A program made the translations under genes and the position numbers. The notes under the pieces are model-generated. The model was not told the DNA's origin. It searched no databases and worked only from the letters and a program-made list of their open reading frames with translations. A DNA stretch of 64,000 nucleotides from an uncultured Acidobacteriota bacterium (GTDB lineage Bacteria; Acidobacteriota; Thermoanaerobaculia; Gp7-AA8), in the NCBI GenBank assembly GCA_963822445.1, contig CAWGHO010000002.1, positions 1,984,001 through 2,048,000 on the forward strand. Direction: 5' to 3'. Positions 34,019 to 42,463 of the stretch are shown piece by piece; the stretch's first letter is position 1; every line of letters begins with the position of its first letter.

Positions 34019-34993
34019 TCACGGTCCGCTGGACCGGAGAGCGATCGGACCCTCTTCCGCAAACACGTAATCGATCACGAACAGCGGCCTGCGTTTGACC
34101 TCGATGTAGATGCGGCCGAGGTACTCGCCCATGATGCCGAGGATGATCAGGATCAGACCGCTGAGGAAAAAGAGGCCCACGGCGAGCGTCGCCAGACCGG
34201 GCGTTTCTTCAGGCGTGTGGCCAAGGACGTAAAGCCCGAACGTCCGGATGACGATGAAGTAGATGCCGGTGAGAAACGACGGGATGGCGATCAGGAAGCC
34301 GAGGTAGCTCGCCAGGCGGAGCGGGACCATCGAGAAACTGAACAGGCCATCGACCGCGAGCTTGATCAGGCCCTTGAACGTGTAGCTCGGCGTCCCCGCG
34401 AAACGCTCGTGACGCTCGTAGGCAATGCCGATCTGGCGGAACCCGACATACGCGCGCAGCCCCCGGATGAAGCGGACCTGTTCAGGCAGCGCGAAGTTCA
34501 GCGCGTCCACGACCTTCCGGTCCATCAGACAGAAATCGCCGGAGTCGAGGGGGATGTCGATGTCGCTGATCAGGTGCAGCGCGCGATAGAACGTCGCGTA
34601 GGCGATCCGCATCGGCAGCGATTCCTTCCGCTGCTGCCGGATGCCGAACACGACCTCGTAGCCCTCCCGCCACTTGGCGACGAACTTGTGGAGCTCCTCC
34701 GGCGGATCCTGGAGGTCGCCGTCCATCACGATCACCGCTGCGCCCCGGGCCTGCTGGATGCCGGCGGAGATGGCCGCCTGATGGCCGAAATTGCGGGACA
34801 GCTTGACGATGCGGACGTGCGGATCGCGCCTTGCCGCTTCCATCAGCAGCGCCAGAGAGCCGTCGCGCGAGCCGTCGTCGACCAGTACGAGCTCGAAGTC
34901 GTCGCCCCATGTACGCCCGGCTGCGAGCGTCCGCTCCAGCAACTGCGGGATCACGGGCTCCTCGTTGTGGATGGGAATGACGACTGAGATCAC
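34019..34993 (-). CDS. GtrB/ArnC-like GT2 with two C-terminal TMs
   Basis: VDDGSRD, SRNFGHQAA, MDGDLQDPP, GDFCLMDR, GEYLGRIY.EVK.RP. Confidence 0.92.
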   Translation of the reverse strand: MISVVIPIHNEEPVIPQLLERTLAAGRTWGDDFELVLVDDGSRDGSLALLMEAARRDPHVRIVKLSRNFGHQAAISAGIQQARGAAVIVMDGDLQDPPEELHKFVAKWREGYEVVFGIRQQRKESLPMRIAYATFYRALHLISDIDIPLDSGDFCLMDRKVVDALNFALPEQVRFIRGLRAYVGFRQIGIAYERHERFAGTPSYTFKGLIKLAVDGLFSFSMVPLRLASYLGFLIAIPSFLTGIYFIVIRTFGLYVLGHTPEETPGLATLAVGLFFLSGLILIILGIMGEYLGRIYIEVKRRPLFVIDYVFAEEGPIALRSSGP

Positions 34994-35016
34994 CGGGGTA
35001 ACATAACCCCCTCGCC

Positions 35017-36336
35017 ATGGCCCCTCAACTCAAAATGTCGAAACGATCGATCGGCATCCTCGGCGGCGGCATCTCCGGAATCGCGCTCGCCGCTCATCTC
35101 GGCGAGGACGTCGAGGTCGTCGAGAAGAGCTCCCGCATCGGCGGCTTGTGCGGCACGATCGTCGAGGACGGCTTCACCTTCGACGCGGCAGGCCCGCACA
35201 TCATGTTCAGCAAGAACAAGGAAGTCCTGAACCTGATGATCAGCGTCCTCGGCGACAACGTCCATCAGAACCGCCGCGAGAACCGCATCTACTTCAAAGG
35301 GAACCTGGTCAAGTATCCCTTCGAGAACGACCTGGCCGCGCTGCCGAAGCAGGACAACTTCGAGTGCATTTACGAGTACATCGTCAATCCGCGGGCCGGT
35401 GAGACTCCGGCGAGTCTCGCGGACTGGTCCTACGCGACCTTCGGCGCCGGGATCTCGGAGAAGTACTTCATCCCCTACAACCGCAAGATCTGGAACTACG
35501 ACCCGCAGAAGATCGGGCTCGAGTTCGTGTCCCGCATTCCGAAGCCGCCGATGGAAGACGTGCTGAAGTCTTCGATCGGCATTTCGACCGAGGGGTATCT
35601 GCATCAGTTGTACTACTCGTATCCGACCCATGGCGGATTCGAGTCGATCGTGAAGGCCTTCGCCGAGCGGGTCAAAGGCGACATCCGGACGAACTGGGCG
35701 GTCGCGTCAGTCGAGAAAGACGGGAACGGTTGGCGGGTGACGTCGGCGGATGGCGACGAGCGGCATTACGAGACGCTCGTGTCGACGTTGCCGATTCACG
35801 AACTGCTGAAAGTCTGGAAAGACGCGCCGGCGGCGGCACACGAAACCGCGGCGAAGCTCCGGTACAACTCGCTGGTCAACATCCTCATCGGCTGCAACAC
35901 CGATCCCGGTCACAACTACACGGCGCTGTACGTCCCCGATCCGGAGATCATGTTTCACCGGCTCTCCTTTCCGAAGGCATTCGGCGAACAATGCGTGCCG
36001 CCGGGCGGCTCGTCGATCATGGCCGAGATCACGACGAACGAAGGCGATGGCATCTGGGAGACGAGCGATGACGCGCTGATCGCGCGGGCCGTCGACGAGA
36101 TCGAGCGGATCGGCTTTGTCGATCGCCAGAGCATCGTGTACACGCGGGTCGTCCGTTTTCTCTACGGCTACCCGGTCTACGACCTCGAGTACCGCCGTAA
36201 TGTCACGGAGATGCGCGAAGCCGTCGCGGCGACGGGATTGCGCCTTCTCGGGCGGTTCGCGCAGTTCGACTACATCAACTCGGACGTGTGCATCGAGAGG
36301 GCGCTGGCCATGGCCGGCGAGCTTCGCGATGCGTGA
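35017..36336 (+). CDS. FAD-dependent oxidoreductase, NDP-pyranose mutase-like
   Basis: GGGISG, GGLC, FDAAGPH, PYNRKIW, YPVY, GRFAQFDYINSD. Confidence 0.75.
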   Translation: MAPQLKMSKRSIGILGGGISGIALAAHLGEDVEVVEKSSRIGGLCGTIVEDGFTFDAAGPHIMFSKNKEVLNLMISVLGDNVHQNRRENRIYFKGNLVKYPFENDLAALPKQDNFECIYEYIVNPRAGETPASLADWSYATFGAGISEKYFIPYNRKIWNYDPQKIGLEFVSRIPKPPMEDVLKSSIGISTEGYLHQLYYSYPTHGGFESIVKAFAERVKGDIRTNWAVASVEKDGNGWRVTSADGDERHYETLVSTLPIHELLKVWKDAPAAAHETAAKLRYNSLVNILIGCNTDPGHNYTALYVPDPEIMFHRLSFPKAFGEQCVPPGGSSIMAEITTNEGDGIWETSDDALIARAVDEIERIGFVDRQSIVYTRVVRFLYGYPVYDLEYRRNVTEMREAVAATGLRLLGRFAQFDYINSDVCIERALAMAGELRDA

Positions 36337-37072
36337 GCGGGAGCACTACCTCTACCACGAGGACGTCAACGAGGCGCTGCTGAGACTCTGGGGAAAACGG
36401 ACCGGCCTGCGCGTGCTCGACGTCGGTTGCGGCTTCGCCACGACCAGCGCGCGGATTCAGAAGCTCGGCAACGACGTGACGGGAATCGACGCCAGTCCGG
36501 AAATCGTCAGCGTCGCGCGCCAGCGGCTCGGTCGAGTCGTGCACGCGGACCTCGAAGACTTCGAAACGGTCGCCGCGGAGTTGGGGTCGGTCACGTTCGA
36601 CGTCGTGATCTTCGCGGACGTTCTCGAGCATCTGGTCTGGCCGGTTAGCACGCTGCGCCGGTACCTGCGGTTCCTTCGAGACGGTGGCACGGTCATCGTC
36701 TCGCTGCCGAACGTCGGTCTCTGGTCCGTGCGATTCGGCCATCTCTTCGGCAATTGGGACTACGCCGAGACCGGCGTGCTCGATCGCACGCATCTGCGGT
36801 TCTTCACGCGAAAGAGCGCGAAGTGGCTGCTCGATCAAGCCGGGCTGGAACCCATTCGGACGACGTACAACCCCGGGCTCGTGCGTCCGTTGGTGCCGCT
36901 GGCCAAGAAGTTTCTCGCGCCGGGCGAGAGTTCCGATCCGTCCGCGCTCATGAATTCGACGCCGTACCGGCTCTATCTCAGGACGATTCATCCGATCGAG
37001 CGCACCATCGCTTCGCTCTGGCCGGGGATGCTCGCATTTCAGATGATCTACGAGGCGAAACGGAAAGCATGA
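36329..37072 (+). CDS. Class I SAM-dependent methyltransferase
   Basis: VLDVGCG, ADVLEHL, SLPNV, GVLDRTHLRFFT. Confidence 0.88.
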   Translation: MREREHYLYHEDVNEALLRLWGKRTGLRVLDVGCGFATTSARIQKLGNDVTGIDASPEIVSVARQRLGRVVHADLEDFETVAAELGSVTFDVVIFADVLEHLVWPVSTLRRYLRFLRDGGTVIVSLPNVGLWSVRFGHLFGNWDYAETGVLDRTHLRFFTRKSAKWLLDQAGLEPIRTTYNPGLVRPLVPLAKKFLAPGESSDPSALMNSTPYRLYLRTIHPIERTIASLWPGMLAFQMIYEAKRKA

Positions 37073-37725
37073 AACTGACGGTCTCGATGATCACCATGAA
37101 CGAGGAGGGTGCCGTCGCGAAGGTGGTGAAGGACATTCGCGCGGTCGCACCGGACGCGGAGATTCTGCTCGTCGATTCGAGCAAGGACCGCACAGCGGAA
37201 ATCGCCGAAGGGCTGGGTTGCCGGGTGATCAAGCAGTTCCCGCCGCAGGGCTACGGGCCGGCAATGGACCGCGCGGTGCGCGAGGCCTCGGGCGACATCG
37301 TGGTTACCCTCGACTGCGACGACACGTATCCGGTCGAAGTCATCCCGCAGCTCGTGAAAATGATCGACGAGGGCTACGACCTGGTGAACACGACCCGCGT
37401 GCACAAGCGCCCGAAGGCGATGCCCTTCGCGAATTTCATCGCCAACCGCGTCTTCGCCCTCGGCGCGAGGATCCTCCACGGGATCAAGACCACCGACGTG
37501 CACAGCGGCATGCGCGCGTATCGCAAGTCGATGATCGACGCCGTGAAGTGGACGGCCAAAGGGGCCGCGCTGCCGGTGGACATGCTGATCATTCCGTTCC
37601 GGCGCGGCTACAAAGTGGCCGAGGTGAAGATCGATTACCGGGAACGGATCGGCGATACGACCCTGCACCGGTGGTCGAGCACGATCTGGACGTTCAGGCG
37701 GCTATGGAACGCGCGTCGAGCTTGA
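37069..37725 (+). CDS. DPM1-like GT2
   Basis: MNEEGA, VDSSKDRT, GYGPA, LDCDDTYP, DVHSGMRAY, YRERIG. Confidence 0.88.
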   Translation: MKLTVSMITMNEEGAVAKVVKDIRAVAPDAEILLVDSSKDRTAEIAEGLGCRVIKQFPPQGYGPAMDRAVREASGDIVVTLDCDDTYPVEVIPQLVKMIDEGYDLVNTTRVHKRPKAMPFANFIANRVFALGARILHGIKTTDVHSGMRAYRKSMIDAVKWTAKGAALPVDMLIIPFRRGYKVAEVKIDYRERIGDTTLHRWSSTIWTFRRLWNARRA

Positions 37726-37736
37726 TTCGCTCCCTG

Positions 37737-37842
37737 AGTTCACCCCGCGCGAAGACGCGGGGTCAACGGAGCAGCCTTCGTGACGTGTGCACCGTGCGTT
37801 GCCGGTGCGCCATTGACCCCGCGTCTGCGCGCGGGGTGAACT
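37737..37842. repeat. REPIN-like element copy 2
   Basis: 37737-37766 agttcaccccgcgcgaagacgcggggtcaa versus 37813-37842, 29/30 complementary. Confidence 0.9.
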
Positions 37843-37855
37843 GGGGAAGCCGCCG

Positions 37856-38527
37856 ATGACCAGAGTCGCCATCCTCTGCGGCGGCTTCGGCACCCGCCTC
37901 GGCGAGCTGACCCGCGGCCTGCCCAAGCCGATGATCGAGATCGGAAGCCGGCCCTATCTCGAACGGGTCATCGACTCTTTCGCGGAGCGCGGCCTTCGCG
38001 ATTTCGTTCTGCTCACCGGTCACCGCGCGGAGGTAATCGAAGGGCACTTCGGCGACGGCTCGCGCTTCGGCGTGACCATCGCCTACAGCCGCGAGACCGA
38101 GCCGCTCGGCACGGGCGGGGCGTTGCGCGAGGCCCGCGACCTCCTCGGCGACCGGTTCATTCTCACCTTCGGCGATGTGCTCCGCCGCTTCGACTACGAT
38201 CGCTTCGTGGAGCAGCACATCGGCAACTGCCTCGCGGTCTACCCGCGGCGCACCAGCGGCAACGCGGATGTCGCGGAAGGCCACGTCGTCCGCTTCTGCA
38301 AGCACGCGCCGGAGCTGCCGTACGTCGACGCGGGGTTCGCGGTGATGCTGGCGGGAACGATCGATCTGCTGCCCGAAGCGGGGCCATGCTCGTTTGAAGA
38401 AGTCGTGTACGCGAACCTGGCCGAGCACGGGAGCCTCGAAGCGGAGATCGTCGATCACGACTTCTTCGACATCGGCACGCCGGAAGAGCTGGCGGCGACG
38501 CGCGCGGCACTGGAGACCGATTCTTGA
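37856..38527 (+). CDS. Sugar-1-phosphate nucleotidyltransferase (HddC/LmbO-like)
   Basis: ILCGGFGTRL, PKPM, EPLGTGGAL, FFDIGTPE. Confidence 0.9.
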   Translation: MTRVAILCGGFGTRLGELTRGLPKPMIEIGSRPYLERVIDSFAERGLRDFVLLTGHRAEVIEGHFGDGSRFGVTIAYSRETEPLGTGGALREARDLLGDRFILTFGDVLRRFDYDRFVEQHIGNCLAVYPRRTSGNADVAEGHVVRFCKHAPELPYVDAGFAVMLAGTIDLLPEAGPCSFEEVVYANLAEHGSLEAEIVDHDFFDIGTPEELAATRAALETDS

Positions 38528-39483
38528 GAATTCTCGTGACCGGCGCGGCCGGTTTCATCGCCTCGAACCTCATTCCCCGCCTGCTCGCGCGCGGCGATGT
38601 CGTAGCCGGCGCCGACAACTTCTTCCTCGGCAAGCGGGCCTACGTCGCGAAGCATCCCAACTTTCACTTTCACGAGATGGATCTGCTCGATCTCGATGGC
38701 TTGATCGCGCTGATGAGCGACTTCAAGCCGGATCGCGTCTGGCATCTCGCCGCGAACAGCGACATCAGCTACGGAACGAGGTACACCGACTTCGATCTCA
38801 AGGGCGGCACGCTGGTCACGTACAACGTGCTGGAAGCCATGCGCCGCACGGACGTGAAAGAGATCGTCTTCTCCAGCAGCGGGGCGGTCTACGGCGAGCC
38901 GACGGTCATGCCGACGCCCGAGGATTACGGGCCGATTCTGCCGATCTCGCTTTATGCGGCGAGCAAGGCCGCCTGCGAGGCGCTGATCACCGCGTACGCG
39001 CACAACTACGATCAGTACGCGTGGATCTACCGCTTTGGAAACATCGTCGGTCCCAACCCGACCCATGGCGTGATTCACGACTTCGTGCTCCGCCTCCGCG
39101 AGGAGAAAACAAAACTGACCGTGCTTGGCGACGGCTCGCAGGCCAAGCCGTACGTGTACGTCGAGGATTGCCTCGACGGCATGGAGTTCGGCGTCGCCAA
39201 CGTCAGGGAGCACATCAACTACTACAACCTCGCCGTCGACGATCAGACCTCCGTCCGGGAGATCACCGACTGGACGATCGAAGCCATGGGCATCGACCGC
39301 AACACCATCGACGTGCAGTACGGCGACAGCCCGCGCGGCTGGCGCGGCGACGTCCCGCAGGTAAAGCTCGACACGCGGAAGATGACCGCGCTGGGCTGGC
39401 GGCCGACGCTCTCCAGCAACGAATCTGTTCGGCGGACGATCGTCGAGGTGGTCGAGCAGTTCCGGAGCGGACCGCTGACATGA
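38524..39483 (+). CDS. NAD-dependent NDP-sugar epimerase/dehydratase
   Basis: TGAAGFIAS, HLAANSDISYG, YAASK; TTG start. Confidence 0.92.
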   Translation: MRILVTGAAGFIASNLIPRLLARGDVVAGADNFFLGKRAYVAKHPNFHFHEMDLLDLDGLIALMSDFKPDRVWHLAANSDISYGTRYTDFDLKGGTLVTYNVLEAMRRTDVKEIVFSSSGAVYGEPTVMPTPEDYGPILPISLYAASKAACEALITAYAHNYDQYAWIYRFGNIVGPNPTHGVIHDFVLRLREEKTKLTVLGDGSQAKPYVYVEDCLDGMEFGVANVREHINYYNLAVDDQTSVREITDWTIEAMGIDRNTIDVQYGDSPRGWRGDVPQVKLDTRKMTALGWRPTLSSNESVRRTIVEVVEQFRSGPLT

Positions 39484-41321
39484 GCCAGGTCCGGATCGCG
39501 ATCGCGTTGGCGATCAGCGGCGCTACGGCGCGGCTCGTCATGATGCAGTGGCTTCATCCACTCAACATCGACGAGCGGGAGTTCTACCGTGCCGCGCGTT
39601 GGATTGCCGAAGGACGCCTGCCGTTCCGCGACTTCTGGGAACACCACACGCCGTTCTCCTGGTTCGTCTACGCGCCATTCACGCTGCTGACCGACAGCCC
39701 CGGCGTGGCCGCGGTACTGGTGATGCGCTGGGTGCAGGTGCCGGTGTGGATCGCGACCTTCTGGCTCGTCAATGTCTGGATGCGCAACGCCGGCGTGGAG
39801 CGGTTCGCACGCTGGAGCGCGATGACCTTGGCGCTCTGCAGCTCGTTTCTGATGCTGCCGGCGGTGGAGTTCCGTGTCGATCCGCTGGCCTGCATGTGTT
39901 TCATGGCTGCGCTCGTCTGTTTGCAGAGGTCGGCGTTCCTGGGCGCAGGCATCGCCTTGGGCCTGGCGGTGTTGACGAACCTCCGCCTCGTTCCGCTCGT
40001 CGCCGTCACCACGCTGGTGCTGCTGATCGCGGACACGCAGGAGCGGACCTGGCGTGCCGCGGCGCAGCGCGTACGGGTCATCGCCGGCGGCGCCATCACG
40101 GCCGCGGCCGCAGCGATGTACTTCGTGGTCACCGGCTCGTGGTCGGCGATGGTCCGCTATCTCTATATCGAGAACACGATCGGCTATGGGGAAGCGCAGC
40201 TGGTCGGGATGATCGGTGGCGGCGTGCACCGCTTCCTCCTCGTGCCTTTCGGCATTCGCATCATCACCACCGATCGATTTTTCGACGTGGCGGCCATCGA
40301 TGTTGGCGGAGCGACGCTGCTGATTCTGAGCTACATCGGCCTGGTGCGGGCCATCCGCTCGTGGCGTACTCCCGATGATTTCTGGGTGCTGGCCTTCGTA
40401 CAGACCGTCAATCTCGTCGTCGTCCTGGGGTTGCCCTTCATTCACAACTACCACACCGAGCTTTTCGGGGTGTTGATGATTCCACTGGCGGCGTTGGTCA
40501 TCGCGCGCATTCCGCGCCGGGCGATGGTGATGGCCGTGCTCGCGCTGGCGTGGTGCGTCAGTCTCTTCGCGTCGCTGTTCCGCGGGAAGGAGCTCGATCT
40601 CGCATATCAGGACCTCATCCTTCGGGAGGTCCATGCACGCACGCGGCCGGGCGACAAGGTCTGGAGCGGAATGGTCTGGTCGCTGCGACGTGAGCCGGCG
40701 TATCACTTCTGGTTCCTTCCCGGCATCGTGCGGCCGCTGGTGAGGCTCGGGCACGCACCGCCGTACGTACCCGTCGAGCCGCCCGCAGCCGTCGTGGCCG
40801 ACTTCTGGTCCCTCGGCTGGTTCATCACCGTGCAGCCCGATGTCGGGCTCTACTTCATCCGGCACTACATGCCGGTATGGCACGACCTCTGGCTTCCCGG
40901 GCTAAACGCGCGACTGCGACCGAACACCGAGCCGGCGCAGTGGGCCGTGCCGATGGACGGGACGTATCGGGTGTACGTCTCGCGCGAGCTGGCCCGGCAT
41001 CGCTGGTACCGCAGGCCGATGTCCGTCGCGGCGGTGGAGGCTACGTACTCGCCGTATCTGGCGTTCACGTTGCCTGACCCGGGATCGGACGCGCGCGTGC
41101 AGTGGTGGATCGACGGAAAACCGGTCGTCCCCGGAGAGGCTGTCGATCTGCGTCGCGGACAACGCGTTGCGGCGGCGCTGCGGGAAGGCGAGCCCGTGGC
41201 TGTGCTTCTCTTGCGCGGCGACGACCGCAAGCTGTTCCGGCTGCCACCGCCCGGGATCTCGCTCGAGGGTTCAGCTTCGAAGGTCACGCACGTTCCGCAA
41301 TTCGGAGTGCGGATCGAATGA
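39480..41321 (+). CDS. GT-C-like membrane glycosyltransferase
   Basis: DEREFYRAARWIAEGRLPFRDFWEHHTP, EFRVDPL, many TMs. Confidence 0.72.
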   Translation: MSQVRIAIALAISGATARLVMMQWLHPLNIDEREFYRAARWIAEGRLPFRDFWEHHTPFSWFVYAPFTLLTDSPGVAAVLVMRWVQVPVWIATFWLVNVWMRNAGVERFARWSAMTLALCSSFLMLPAVEFRVDPLACMCFMAALVCLQRSAFLGAGIALGLAVLTNLRLVPLVAVTTLVLLIADTQERTWRAAAQRVRVIAGGAITAAAAAMYFVVTGSWSAMVRYLYIENTIGYGEAQLVGMIGGGVHRFLLVPFGIRIITTDRFFDVAAIDVGGATLLILSYIGLVRAIRSWRTPDDFWVLAFVQTVNLVVVLGLPFIHNYHTELFGVLMIPLAALVIARIPRRAMVMAVLALAWCVSLFASLFRGKELDLAYQDLILREVHARTRPGDKVWSGMVWSLRREPAYHFWFLPGIVRPLVRLGHAPPYVPVEPPAAVVADFWSLGWFITVQPDVGLYFIRHYMPVWHDLWLPGLNARLRPNTEPAQWAVPMDGTYRVYVSRELARHRWYRRPMSVAAVEATYSPYLAFTLPDPGSDARVQWWIDGKPVVPGEAVDLRRGQRVAAALREGEPVAVLLLRGDDRKLFRLPPPGISLEGSASKVTHVPQFGVRIE

Positions 41322-41869
41322 AACGCGCCCTCTTCCTCGATCGCGACGGCGTGCTCGACGAGCTCGTGTTCTACGAGTCCAGCGGGGAGTGGGAGGCGCC
41401 ACGCGTCGTCGAGGACGTGCGGATGATCGACGGCGCGGCCGCGGCTCTCGAGCGATTCGTCGATGCGGGCTGGATGCTGTTCCTCATCACCAATCAGCCG
41501 AACGTGGCCAAAGGGAAAGCGTCTCGCGCGGACGTCGAGAGAGTGCACAAGGCCGTGATGCGCGCACTGAACGTGCCGGTCGCGCACAGCTTCATCTGCT
41601 TTCATCAGGCCGACGACGCCTGCGCCTGCCGCAAGCCGAAGCCGTTTTTCCTGCACAAGGCGCAAACCGCGTTCGGCGTCGATCTCGCGCAGTCATGGAT
41701 GGTCGGCGACCAGGACAGCGATCTTCTGTGTGGGCGCGCGGCGGGCTGCAAGGTCGCGCTGATCGAGCATCGCGGCTCGGAGCACAAGCGGGGGAACGTC
41801 GAGCCGGATTTGCGGGTGCGCGATCTCGACGAGCTGGCTAGCGCACTGATTCCCACTTCGTCTGGGTGA
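41318..41869 (+). CDS. gmhB: HAD-IIIA heptose/octose bisphosphate phosphatase
   Basis: LFLDRDGV, ITNQP, CFH..DDACACRKPKP, MVGDQDSD. Confidence 0.88.
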   Translation: MKRALFLDRDGVLDELVFYESSGEWEAPRVVEDVRMIDGAAAALERFVDAGWMLFLITNQPNVAKGKASRADVERVHKAVMRALNVPVAHSFICFHQADDACACRKPKPFFLHKAQTAFGVDLAQSWMVGDQDSDLLCGRAAGCKVALIEHRGSEHKRGNVEPDLRVRDLDELASALIPTSSG

Positions 41870-42438
41870 CCTTCAGCGCTGGGTGCGACACCAGGAGGTG
41901 CCACACCACCGCCGCGAGCCCCTCCGTGTGCGGTGTGATGCGCTCCGTCGAAACGACCGGGATGAGCACGCAAGCGTCGGCGACCTGTTTCGTGTAGCCG
42001 CCGTCCTTGCCGACGATGCCGAAGACCTTCGCGCCGCGGCCGCGGGCTTCGTCGATGGCGCGCACGAGATTCACCGAGACGTTCTTCTCGACGTTTCCGC
42101 CGCCGACGGAGAAGACCAGCAGGGCGTCTTTGTCGTTCATGCGCGAGCCTTTCAGCCACTCGGAGAAGCAGCTGTCCCAGCCCTCGTCGTTCACGCGGGC
42201 GGTTAGCTCGGAGACGTTGTCGGTCGGCGTGTATGCCTCGAACTGGCAGATCTTGCGGAAGTCGTTGACGGCGTGACTGGCGTGTCCTGCGGAGCCGCCG
42301 ACGCCGAGGATGAAGAGGCGGCCGCCGGCTTCCCGGGCGGCGGCGAGGCCGGCGGCGACGCGATCGATGGCATCGGCGATCGATGCGGCGAATGACTTCG
42401 ATGCTCTCCTCGAGAAACGCGCGGCTGAACGACTCCAT
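41838..42438 (-). CDS. gmhA: SIS-domain phosphoheptose isomerase family protein (one +1 frameshift near 42378)
   Basis: MESFSRAFLEESIEVIRRID joins GVGGSAGHASHAVNDFRK, TARVNDEGW, SVGGG, TPHTE. Confidence 0.82.
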
Positions 42439-42463
42439 GGCGCCGGATCATACAATCCCTGAC

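Noticed and set aside
38394-41321. 975-aa ORF, and similar long N-terminal extensions at 25805..27316, 28365, 31140 and 36754
   Set aside because: The extensions are Arg-rich off-frame readings over upstream genes; real starts overlap the upstream stop or follow a -10.
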